DNA from: an uncultured Planctomycetaceae bacterium
GTDB lineage: Bacteria > Planctomycetota > Planctomycetia > Planctomycetales > Planctomycetaceae
Direction: 5' to 3'
Assembly (NCBI GenBank): GCA_963813715.1
Contig: CAWFAK010000006.1
Coordinates: forward strand, 1 to 64,000
DNA: 64,000 nucleotides
The notes beneath the pieces are model-generated. The model was not told the DNA's origin, did not search any database, and saw only the letters and a list, made by a program, of their open reading frames with translations. Of the stretch, positions 1 through 9,849 are shown piece by piece; position 1 is the first letter of the stretch, and every line of letters begins with the position of its first letter. Both the position numbers and the translations under genes were made by a program.

Positions 1-1308
1 CTGCTCGACGGCCGGAAGCCCACCCGCAAACCGGACGCCTTCACCGCTCATTTCACCAATGTCTGGAGAGCGTGGCGGCTTTCCCGGGTTGATACCGAAC
101 GAACGGCAGTCCTCTGCCCTAACACGGCAGAAGTGGCTGCAAACTCGCCTGAAGGACGATCTCCCCGCACGATCGTCTCGTCCACCAAATTCCATCAACG
201 TACGCCCCATCGTCCAACCCGATAACCGGATGGCGGTCCGCAGGTTCCAGAAGGTTCCGAGCCGGCGAAGTGCCCAGCCTCTTTGACCAAATCAACGAAA
301 GTAAGCCGGAAACCCTCGCGGGAACCACGTCGCGGCTGTTCCTGGGTATCAAGCTGGAGTGTGCCCAGTGCCACAATGACCGCTCAGGCGGCAACTGGAC
401 GCAAACCGAATCTTGGTCCTTCGCCGCGTTCTTCGCCGGCTCAAGGAAACCAGCGTAATAATCCGCGGACCATCGCCATCCCCGGAAAAAACGAAGTGGT
501 CCAGGCGCGCTTTCTTCGGGCGCGGAGCCGACATTCAATCCGGGCGACAATTCGCGAGAGATCATCGCCGACTGGCTGGTGAGCCCCACGAACGCCTTTT
601 TCGCTCGCGCGGGGCCAATCGGATTGGTCCTATTTTTCGGCATCGGCCTCGTCGATCCCGTCGACGAGCAGGGTGACCACAACTTGCCCAGTCACCCCGA
701 GCTGCTGGACGAGTTGGCCCGACAGTTCACGGATCATCGCTAAAATTTGAAGTATCTGGTCCGTGCCATTGTGGCGAGCAAGGCCTACCAGCGAACCAGC
801 ACGGTCAGTTCGTCCAACCAAGAGGATCCGCGTCTCTTTGGCCGTATGAACGTTCGCGGCCTGAGTGCCGAGCAGCTCTTTGATAGCCTGGCCGAAGTCA
901 CGGAGTTCGAGAACACGAGCCGGGGCGTCGCCGGCCGGCTCGACAACGGGAACAGCCTCACCCCTCGGCAGCAGTTCCTGTCACGGTTTTCCCACCAGTA
1001 CAAGGCAACTGAGACACCCACATCGATCCTCCAGATCCTTTACCTGATGAACAGCCCCTTCGCCACGGAGGCCACACCAGCCTGGAGCACAACAACACGC
1101 TCATGACGCTGGCCCGGCAAAAGACATCGCACTGCGCGTCGGGTCGAGAATTGTTCCTCGTCGTCCTGTCACGTAAGCCGACGATGACAGAACTGAATCA
1201 ATGTGTCGCGTACCTCGGCCATGGCGGGACTTCTGACGATCATGGCCAGGCCTTGGCCGACGTTTTTGGGCGTTGATCAACGGTGCGGAGTTCTCCGTCA
1301 ACCACTAA
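1..1308 (+). CDS. DUF1549/DUF1553 (PSCyt) domain protein, 5'-truncated by window, multiple frameshifts
   Basis: Fragments 'SRLFLGIKLECAQCHND' (270..458), 'KYLVRAIVASKAYQR...RGLSAEQLFDSL' (747..1106) and C-terminal 'WALINGAEFSVNH*' ending at 1308; directly upstream of a DUF1501 gene, as is typical. Confidence 0.8.
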
Positions 1309-1411
1309 GGAACCACCCAAATGAGGTCCGCGTCCTAACCGATCACGTCGGCAGGAATGGTCCCTCCCCTGTCGAAGTCATCAGGTCGCGGGTCCCCCGA
1401 AGGAGAGAAGC

Positions 1412-2751
1412 ATGGCTCGAATCTCGTTGCAACTTTCCCGGCGCAGTGGTTGCGTTTATCGTCGCTCGGTGTGCTGGGGTGTTCTTTGTCCGGTTGGTTG
1501 GAGCGTCTCGCCGTCGCTGCAGCCAAAGACCCCGAGCGCAAGGCTCCTGCATTTTGTTGTGGATGAACGGCGGTCCCGCGTATACCGACACCTTCGATCT
1601 CAAGCCGGGACACGCCAATGGCGGCCCCTTCAAAGAGATCGCCACAACGGTCCCCGGCATGAACTTCAGCGAGCATCTGCCGCTCCTGGCCAAGCAGGCC
1701 GGCACCTCGCCCTGGTCCGCTCGATGAGCAGCCGGGAAGGTGATCACGCTCGGGCTACCTACTACCTGCGCACCGGCTATCGGCCCGAGGGAGCGATTCA
1801 ATATCCGCCACTCGGAGCGTTGTTGTCGAAAGAATTGGGCGACTCCGAGGCAGTGCTGCCCGGCTATGTGAGCATCGCACCCGTCCTGGCCGTCAGCCCC
1901 GCCACCTTCACCCCCGGCTTTTTGGGGCCAGAGTACGCCCCGCTGATCGTCGGCAACCAGGCCGCAGTGAACCGGCCCATGACCGAACTCGACAAAGTCT
2001 TTCGCGTACAGGATCTCAAACCGTCCAGTGAGGTCAAACAAAAGCGGCTGGATGCTCGCGTTGAGTTCTTGAGAGGTTACCAAGAGAACTTCGTCGCCCA
2101 ACACCCGAGCGTTCCCACCTTGAGCCACAAAGCCGCCTACGACCGCGCCGTCCGCCTCATGCGCACCTCAGCGGCCAAGGCATTTGATCTGGACGAAGAA
2201 ACAGGCAAGCTTCGCGACCGATACGGCCGCAACCTGTTCGGCCAAGGTTGCCTCCTGGCCCGCCGGCTGGTGGAGCGCGGCGTGCCGTTCGTCGAAGTGA
2301 CGCTGAACAACGCCCCGGCGCGCCCATTGGCTGGGACACGCACGGCCGGAACTTCGAGCAGGTCAAGAATCTGTGCGCCGTGCTCGACCCCGCTTGGGCA
2401 ACCTTGCTGGGAGACCTGAATGAGCGCGGCCTGTTGGACACGACGTTGGTCGTCTGGATGGGCGAATTTGGCCGAACGCCGAGAATTAATCAGCAACAAG
2501 GCCGCGACCACTTCCCCAATGCCTGGAGCACCGTCCTGTGCGGCGGCGGCATCAAAGGCGGGACGATCCACGGTAAGACCAGCCCGGACGGCATGGCAAT
2601 CAAAGACGGCCCGGTGACCGTGCCGGACTTCCTCGCCACGGTCGCCAAAGCGCTTGGCGTTGATCCAACCACGCAGAATATCTCCAATATTGGCCGTCCG
2701 ATCCGAATCGCGGATGTCGGTGCCCGGCCTATCGCGGAAGTGCTGGCGTGA
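1412..2751 (+). CDS. DUF1501 domain protein (frameshifted)
   Basis: 'CILLWMNGGP..DTFDLKP', 'FGQGCLLARRLVERGVPFVEV' and 'GWDTH...GEFGRTPRIN...GRDH' motifs spread over three frames. Confidence 0.9.
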
Positions 2752-2788
2752 GGCAGATGCGTCGAGTCGACGGGATTTGAACTCGGAT

Positions 2789-2981
2789 CGCAAAACGTTT
2801 GAATTCTGCCGCCGACTTCGGGTGCGTTTGATCCGCTCTGCAACCGGATGGCGCATTCCGCCAAAACGTATGGCAATCTGGTGCACAATAGCGCGCTCCG
2901 AAATACGGATGCGTTTCCGGGTCTCGGCGGCACTTATCGGTCGATTTTCGACCTTTCCTAAAAAGGCATGAGTTTATGACA
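2789..2981. repeat. ~190-bp non-coding repeat, complete copy A
   Basis: 2789-2946 aligns by eye with 8483-8644; 2934-2981 aligns with 9650-9697. Confidence 0.85.
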
Positions 2982-3122
2982 CACTGTCAAGAGGGAAGCT
3001 GCCGAGATCAATTGCCTTCCAGCGCCGATGAGTCTCGAAGAGGCCCCTTTTTTGCAGCGGCGACGCTCTTCTTCTCGACCGAGGCGACGGAATAGATCCA
3101 TGGGATCGCGTGGCTTGGCATC

Positions 3123-4656
3123 CTATCCGCCCTTTACGCGGCCGAGCAGTTTCATCAGCTCCTTGACCTGGATGTTTTCAAGCGAGCGCACGGCAGCCTT
3201 GATTTCCTTGCGCAGGCCCTCATCGGCGCGGTCGCCCACGAGCTTGTCGAACTTCGCCGCAACGTCCTCCCAGGTGAACGGCCGGGTCGGGAACCCAGGG
3301 TAGTCCTTCACCTCGTGGCTGTACGACTTGCCGTCCTTGAGCCGGACTGTCACCCGGCTCGGGAACTCGCCGGGGTAGCGGGCCGTGAAGCCGTCGTCTG
3401 GCCTCACCTGACCTTCCGGAGCAGGCCCTGGACGTCCGGCCTCGTCAATTCGCTCGGGCTCGAGCTGTGCCGGCTGGACGTCGCCATCCAGGGCGGCGAC
3501 GGCCAGCAAGTAGGGGAGGCTGTGGTCGGCGTCTTCCTTCGTGTGGACGTCGGTCTTCGGTCCGAAATTCCCACCGCCGGTGAAGTCGTAGGCGTCCTGG
3601 AAGACATCCGCCTCGATGCTGACGACCTCGGCCGGATCAAACGGGTGGGCCTTGCGCAGCTCGAGCATGCAGATAGATGGCCGACTCGGTCGGGACGGCG
3701 CTGTTGTAGCTCTTCAAGGCGAGCCGGTCGAAGCAATCCAGTTGCTCGCGGTCCCAGTCGATGCGGATCGACTGGCCGAGCGCCTGGGCCAGCCCGTTTG
3801 GTCCCTCGATGACATACTTCGGGCCGGTCACGCCGCGGGACGCCAGGAAGACCCCGTGGACGCACCCCAGGGCCACCTGGGACGAGTTCAGGCCCTTCCA
3901 TTGCGAGATCGGGGTGGTCCGCAGAACCAGCAGAGGGATGCCGCTGTCGCCGCAGATCTCGACGGCCGCCGCCGTCTTTGCCTCGTCCAGCCCGAGCGCC
4001 TTGGACACTCCGGCCGCCAGCGAGTAGGCGAGCGGGGTCGTCAGGTCGAACCCGTGGGCCATGAAGGGGCGGCCGACGCGTCAACGCGCGACTCGACCTG
4101 GTAGGCAACCGCCAGGGCGGTCAGGAAGTCCTTGCCCGATCGGCCGGCGTGTTCGCTGGCGGCGAGGACGGCCCCGGTGTTGTCCGAGGGGTGGCAGAGC
4201 CCGCCTTCCGCGAGGTAGCTGTCCATGAAGTCGATGTAGCGGACCAGCGCCGTGTTGTACGACGCCGCATAGACGACGTTGGCCTGCCCGCCGCCGATCA
4301 GGGTGCAACGACCGCCCGGGCCGCCGAACTCCTTTGCCTGGGCCAGGCACGCCTCGATCGGCGGCGCCCCGAGGGCGTTGATGGCGCAGGCCAACGAATC
4401 CAGGACGCTCACCTTGAGCCGCTCCCGCCGCTCGGGGGTCAGGTCCTCATACTTCGCCCGGCAGGCGAATTTCGCGATACCCTCCGCCTGGCTCGGGCCG
4501 GTGCTGATCGGCTTGGGTTTGTCTGGGGAGTGGCTCTCGCCGTGGTCCGGCTTCCCGTCGCGAGATTCTTCGGCGAGGGCGGCGTTCGCGGCCACGGTGG
4601 ACGCCGCGAACATGGCCGTCCCTTTCAAGAATGCCCGACGATCAGACTTGGGTCAT
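3123..4656 (-). CDS. MmgE/PrpD family protein with twin-arginine signal (frameshifted)
   Basis: 'NTALVRYIDFMDSY..CHPSDN', 'ADHSLPY' and 'GFPTRPFTWEDVAAKF'; RBS GAGGAGGAG then ATG at 4656 giving MTKSDRRAFLKG after removing one C. Confidence 0.88.
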
Positions 4657-6017
4657 CGCACTCCTCCTCACTTCGGGTCGTCCGGTCACAATCAGATGCA
4701 TGTCCTTGGCCGCCGCCGTGAGCCCATCCCGGAACTGGGGGTGCGCCAGGCCGATCAACGCCCTGGCGCGCTCCGTCGACGACTTGCCCTTGAGGTCCGC
4801 CCAGCCGAATTCCGTGACGACGATGTGCGTGTCGGTGCGCGGCGTGGTCACCGGCCCGTCCAGCCGGGCGACGATGCGCGACGCCTTGCCCTTGGCCGCC
4901 GTCGAGTGGCAGGCGATGATCGACTTGCCGCCCCGGGAGGCGTAGGCGCCCCGCACGAAGTCGAGCTGGCCCCCCGTGGCGCTGTACTGGTGGCCGAGCA
5001 GGTGCTCGGCGTTGACGGCCCCGGTCAAGTCGATCTGCAAGGCGGCGTTGACGGAGACGACGTTGTCGTTCTGGGCGATGACGTGCGGGTCGTTGACGTA
5101 ATCGACCGGGATGGCTCTCGACGGACGGGTTGTCGTCCAGGAAGTCGTACATGGCCTTCTGGCCCATGGCGAAGGTGAAGACCGTCTTGCCGGGATTGAG
5201 CCGCTTGCGGCCGGTTGGTCACCACGCCCGCTTCGATCAGGTCGATCATCCCGGGGCAGAGCGCCTCCGTGTGGATGCCGAGGTCCTTCCGGCCGCGGAG
5301 CTGGGAGCAGACCAGGTCCGGCAACGCGCCGACCCCCATCTGCAGGCAGGCGCCGTCCGGCACCATCTCGGCGATCATCTTGCCGATGGCCGCGTCCTCC
5401 GGTCCCGATTGATGGACCGGCAACTCCAGCAGCGGTACGTTGTTCTCGACGATGGCCTCGACTTCCGAGACGTGCAGTTGGGCCAGCGAGCCGATAGACG
5501 CGCGGCATGTGCTCGTTCACCTCCACGATCAGGTGGCGGGCGGCGCGAGCCACCTTGCTGGAGTAGTCGTTGCCGGTGCCGAGCGTGAAATACCCGTGTC
5601 GGTCCATGGGCGACACCGTCACGAGGAAGGTGTCGATGCCGACGTGCTCGGTCAGGAGCCGGGGCGACTGGGAGAAGTTGCTCGGGACGTAGCGTGACCA
5701 CCTTGCGCCCGCCGTCCTCCATCCCCCTCTTGATCAGGGCCCGCTCGACCGCGGTGACGAACATGCAATAGGGGTGAATGCGGTCGGCCAGCTCGTAGCG
5801 CAGGATCGTCTCGCCGGCGATACGCGTGGATTCGAAGTAGTAGATCTTCAGGTCGTCGACTTTGCCGGCGGCGGCGCGGTCCGCCAGTCGCCTTGAGCAG
5901 CGCCGGCGGCTCGGTCACGGCCATGCCCATCGACAGCGTCGCTCCCGAGGCGATGCGGCCGACGGCGGCCGCGGGGGTGGTGAGCTTCGATTGGTAAAGG
6001 CGTGTGAAGTCCATCAT
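4642..6017 (-). CDS. ripA: acetyl-CoA hydrolase/transferase family, RipA/Ict-like itaconate CoA-transferase (frameshifted)
   Basis: 'MFVTAVERALIKRGMEDGGRKVV', 'DGACLQMGVGALP', 'HQYSATGGQLDFVRGAYAS' and C-terminal 'AAKDMHLI' closely resemble Yersinia RipA as recalled. Confidence 0.85.
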
Positions 6018-6072
6018 CGTTCCTCCTCGCACTGCGAGCTGCACGGACGGCCGTTCTGCCGTGGCATTCCGC

Positions 6073-6606
6073 TCAGGTCAGTAATTCGCCGCCGTCCTCC
6101 GGCGAGTGGCCCCGTTTGTAGATCAGCATCGTGCGCTCGAAGCTCATCACTTCGACGCCGTCCTGATTCACGCCCCGAGTGGAAACGGTCACGATCCCTT
6201 GCGTGGGGCGGCTCTTCGACTCGCGCTTGTGCAAGACCGTGCTCTCGGCGTAGAGGGTGTCGCCGGCGAAGACGGGGTGGGTCGCCTTGACCTTGTCCCA
6301 ACCGAGGTTGGCGACGACCTTGGCGCTCACGGTCCGGACGCTCATGCCGGTGAGCAGGGCGAGCGTGAAGGTCGAATCGACCAGGGGCTTCTTCCACTCG
6401 GTCTTGGCCGCGTAGGCCGCGTCGAAATGGAGTTCCTGCGTGTTCATCGTGAGCAGCGTGAAGTAGGTGTTGTCCACGTCAAGGATGGTCCGGCCGGGGC
6501 GGTGCTCGAACACGTCGCCGGGCTCGAAATCCTCGTAGTAGAGGCCGGAAATCTCGCGATAGCGGCGTTCACCGACCTGTTTGTAGGCGGGCAGAAGGGG
6601 TTTCAT
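6073..6606 (-). CDS. ripB: MaoC-family dehydratase, RipB/Ich-like itaconyl-CoA hydratase
   Basis: 'GLYYEDFEPGDVFEHRPGRT..DN..FTLLTMN...LHFD' and 'ANLGWDKV...PVFAGDTLYAES'; lies between ripC-like and ripA-like genes. Confidence 0.82.
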   Translation of the reverse strand: MKPLLPAYKQVGERRYREISGLYYEDFEPGDVFEHRPGRTILDVDNTYFTLLTMNTQELHFDAAYAAKTEWKKPLVDSTFTLALLTGMSVRTVSAKVVANLGWDKVKATHPVFAGDTLYAESTVLHKRESKSRPTQGIVTVSTRGVNQDGVEVMSFERTMLIYKRGHSPEDGGELLT

Positions 6607-6649
6607 CGTCGTCTCCTCATTCAATGTGATTGCGAAGTACCGCTGCCGA

Positions 6650-7054
6650 TCATGCGATCGGATTCTCGTCGAACAATCGGGCGACCATAGCCGAGTCGAG
6701 GTAGGCGCGAACACGGACGATGACTCCGTCTTGGAAATGCACGACCCAACAATAGCGGTTGTCGAAGCGCATGCCGTTCTTGGCCGTCGCGAGTGAGTGA
6801 AGCTCGACCACCGCCTCATCGTCCTTGACCAGCAGATGTTCCACCTGGAGCTGCGCGCCCTGCGGAAGAACCTGACCCAGCTTGGCGAAGGTGCCGGCGA
6901 TGAAGGACTTCTTGCTGCGGTAATGCCCTGCGAGCGGGTGGGTGCCCATCACGGTCCAGTCGACGTCGTCAGCTACGTGTTCAAAGAAGGCAGCGCCGTC
7001 GCCCTTCTCAAGTCCCTTAAAGATTTCGCGAACACGCTCGGTTGTGATAGCCAT
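6650..7054 (-). CDS. SnoaL/NTF2-like (ketosteroid isomerase-like) protein
   Basis: 'FFEHVADDVDWTVMGTHPLAG...RFDNRYCWVVHFQDGVIVRVRAYLDS'; RBS AAGGAG. Confidence 0.85.
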   Translation of the reverse strand: MAITTERVREIFKGLEKGDGAAFFEHVADDVDWTVMGTHPLAGHYRSKKSFIAGTFAKLGQVLPQGAQLQVEHLLVKDDEAVVELHSLATAKNGMRFDNRYCWVVHFQDGVIVRVRAYLDSAMVARLFDENPIA

Positions 7055-7084
7055 TGGATCTCTCCTTGGTTTGCGGTTTGCCAG

Positions 7085-7948
7085 TTAATGCGATGAACCG
7101 CTGCCGGGGACCGGTTCACCGGCCGCGACGAGGATGCGGCGGGCCTTGCGCGCGACCGCCTCGTCCACCATCTGGCCTTGCACGACGCCAACGCCCTTGG
7201 CGTTCTCGGCCAGGATCGCGCGGGCCCGGGCCACCTCCTCGGGGCGAGGCGTCAGAGCCGCGTTGATGGGCGCGATCTGGTTCGGGTGGATCGCCGCCTT
7301 GCCCGCAAAGCCCAGGGCGACGGCCTGGGACGTCTCCTGCGTCAGGCCCTCGTGATCCTTCACGTCGAAGAACGGCGAATCGATCGCCAGGACGCCCGCC
7401 AGGGCGCAGGCCGCGACCAGGCGCGAGCGGGCGTAGGCGAGCGGCGCCCAGGCTGTCGCGGCACCGAGATCGGCGGACATGTCGGCGGCACCGAACAGCA
7501 GGGCTTCCAGACGCGGCGTCGCTGCCGCGATTGCCTCGCAGGCGGCAAGGCCCTGGCGCTCTCGATCAGCGCGACCAGGCGGGTGGCTTTGCCCGCTTCG
7601 GCCAGCAGGCGATCCAGGATCTGCAGGTGCGCGGCCGATTCCGTCTTCGGCAAGACCAGGTAATCGGGACTGGCGCTGCTTTCCAGGAGGGCCTGAAGAT
7701 CGGCCAGGCCGAAACGCCGTATCCAGACCGTTCATGCGCAGCGCCCGCCCGCACGAACCCGCCGCAGGCTGCGCGAGGTGGGCGAGCGCCGCTCGTCGCG
7801 CCTCGGCCTTGTCGGCGGGGGCCACCGAGTCCTCGAGATCGATGATGCAGACGTCCGCCCCCGAGGCGGCCGCCTTGTCAAAGCGGTCGGGCCGGGTGGC
7901 CGGCGTGAACAGCCAGCTCCTGACCCGCGTGAGCGTACTCAGATTCAT
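7085..7948 (-). CDS. ripC: HpcH/HpaI aldolase-citrate lyase beta (CitE) family, RipC/Ccl-like citramalyl-CoA lyase (two compensating frameshifts)
   Basis: 'RSWLFTPATRPDRFDKA..GADVCIIDLEDSV', 'PKTESAAHLQILDRL', 'FGAADMSAD' and 'GKAAIHP', nearly matching Yersinia RipC as recalled. Confidence 0.88.
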   Translation of the reverse strand: MNLSTLTRVRSWLFTPATRPDRFDKAAASGADVCIIDLEDSVAPADKAEARRAALAHLAQPAAGSCGRALRMNGLDTAFRPGRSSGPPGKQRQSRLPGLAEDGIGRAPADPGSPAGRSGQSHPPGRADRERQGLAACEAIAAATPRLEALLFGAADMSADLGAATAWAPLAYARSRLVAACALAGVLAIDSPFFDVKDHEGLTQETSQAVALGFAGKAAIHPNQIAPINAALTPRPEEVARARAILAENAKGVGVVQGQMVDEAVARKARRILVAAGEPVPGSGSSH

Positions 7949-8482
7949 GAGTCGCACTCCTGAACTTCTCTTCGTCCGGTTTGTAGAGCTTGTTGGCCCG
8001 CGAGGGAGAAAAGCCTTTGGGTCGAGATGGACCGAAGGAAATTGCACGCCCCCAGCATGGATGGCCTGACTATCGGTGACCGGAGCTTCGCAGGACATCA
8101 GCGCCGGCTGTCTTCCGCTGACCGCTCATGGTTGCTACCTCGAAACCAGTGAGGACGATGCCAGTTGTTGGAATTCAGCGATGCCACGATCGGTCCGCCA
8201 AGCCGGGGACCTGAAGAGAGCTAAGAAGAAATCAGGCGATCCGTTACCGCGCCGGCCAGCCGTTGAACGTCTTCGCTCAAAACGGCCGCGTTCAGGAAAT
8301 CCGGTCGCATCTGCTTCCGGAGAAACTCGCCAATCAGTCCCGTGTTTCGTGTCGGAACTTAACAGCCATTTTGACGTCGCAGCCGACTGGCAATGCCAAA
8401 ATTGCGTGGTTGCCGATCCCTCGGCAGACCGACGCCAAGCGATTCCCACTGAATTGTCCGAGCAGCGTGGTCGGACCGTTGC

Positions 8483-8644
8483 CGCAAAATGTTCAATTCT
8501 GCTGCCGATTTCAGCGTGTTCGATCCGCACTCGCAGCCCGAGTCTGCATTCCGCGAAAACGAATGGCAATCCGGTGCACAGAACCGCGTGCCGAAAAACG
8601 GATGAGTTTCCGGTGCCTGTCACGGCGGCACTTATCGGTTGATT
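8483..8644. repeat. non-coding repeat, copy B (left part)
   Basis: Shares blocks GCATTCCGC.AAAACG.ATGGCAATC.GGTGCACA and CGGCGGCACTTATCGGT.GATT with 2789-2946. Confidence 0.85.
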
Positions 8645-8831
8645 AACCGGAATGGCAAGAAACGATTGAGATTCTGGACCGGCCCGGTTCCGCCGTGAGA
8701 GTTGGCGACGTGAAAAATGGCAGTCGTCGAAGTCCAGTCACTGATTTTTCTTGCATCGGCCCTCGTTCCCGCACATGCTGAGCGCCGTGGACAGTGCTCG
8801 ATCTGTCGTTGTCAAACCGGAGCGCACCGGT

Positions 8832-9107
8832 ATGGGCTACGTCGTGAAAGCAGTTAGTGCCTCGGGAGCCGAATTGTGGGTGACGCCTTCGCGGCCGGAG
8901 ACGCGTTGTATCTTCGGCGTTCGCAAAGAGGCTTCGATTTTCCGCACGCCAATGCAGGCACAGACCGTGATCGAGGCGCTCGCCGAGAAATGTGAACGCT
9001 ACGGTTTTCTGCTCGAAGTCAATTCCGCTGGCGATGAGCTGTTGTCCGCTGGTCAAACCACGCGGCCAAGACTACTCCGCGACTCCGCAAGAAAGAGCAG
9101 TTCGTGA
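8832..9107 (+). CDS. small hypothetical protein, paralog of 24746..24946
   Basis: GGAG then ATG at 8832; MGYVVKA..G...WVTP...R..A..F.T...AQ..IE.LA pattern shared with the 24.8 kb ORF. Confidence 0.65.
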   Translation: MGYVVKAVSASGAELWVTPSRPETRCIFGVRKEASIFRTPMQAQTVIEALAEKCERYGFLLEVNSAGDELLSAGQTTRPRLLRDSARKSSS

Positions 9108-9134
9108 GATGGCAAGGAACGGAGGCATTGCAAC

Positions 9135-9594
9135 GTGGTCACGACCGACAGCCAGCGGAAGATCGTATACCTCGCCCGGCACGGTGAAGCCGTCTCCGTG
9201 GAGATGGACCCTTCCCGGCCATTGACCCAGGCGGGCTGGCTAGTCGTCGAGTGGCTTGCCCGGTGGGCCGCCGCCAGCTCTTGCACAGCGGCAAGCGACG
9301 AGCCGAACAGGCGGCGGAAATTCTCGCCGACTACCTGATGCCGGCGAAGGGCGCGACCGTACTCCGCGGATTCGGTCCTGATGATGACGTGCGCCCACTC
9401 GCCGCCTCATTGACGGCCACGAAAACAGGCTGATGATTGTCGGGCACCTTCCGTTTCTGGGGCACCTCGTGAGTCAGCTGGTTGTCGGCGATGCGAATCG
9501 CGCTGTCGTCCAGTTCGAGGCGGCAGTCGCCATGCAGTTTCAAGACGGCCTATGGAAGATTACCTGCCTCGTCGATCCCGAGTTGATTCCGTAG
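9135..9594 (+). pseudogene. sixA: phosphohistidine phosphatase SixA (frameshifted, apparently with deletion)
   Basis: 'VYLARHGEA...RPLT..G', 'HSGKRRAEQAAEIL' and 'MIVGHLPFL' in three frames. Confidence 0.75.
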
Positions 9595-9649
9595 CCTTGT
9601 TCGTGCCTCGGGAACTACTGAGGGCCGGTGACGCGACCACACCGACCAT

Positions 9650-9697
9650 TTATCGGTCGATTTTCGCCGTTCCCGAAAAACAGTTGAGTTGATGACA
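9650..9697. repeat. non-coding repeat, copy C (right part)
   Basis: TTATCGGTCGATTTTCG is identical to 2934-2950, and similarity continues through TGAGTT.ATGACA. Confidence 0.8.
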
Positions 9698-9787
9698 TCG
9701 CTCGGCCAAAGCCCTTCCGAGACGCGCGAACTACAAGCCGATAACGACCGACCCTGAGCATCCGCGCAAGCGATTGCACAAACCCTC

Positions 9788-9809
9788 GGATAAGCTGGCG
9801 AGCTTATCC
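9788..9809. terminator. perfect 9-bp hairpin downstream of the minus-strand DUF1501 gene
   Basis: GGATAAGCT-GGCG-AGCTTATCC. Confidence 0.45.
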
Positions 9810-9849
9810 CGACGCGGCTCAACTTCGCGGTTCGCGATTGCCGCGACCG

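Noticed and set aside
2871..2885. TGGCAATCTGGTGCA as a sigma-54 promoter (also at 8564)
   Set aside because: GG-GC spacing is 9, not the required 10, in both copies.
2490..2933. Similar minus-strand ORFs 2490..2933 and 8135..8623 ('GNxSVFR...LCTxLP')
   Set aside because: The similarity follows from the DNA repeat; substitutions are not biased to third positions and indels break the frame.
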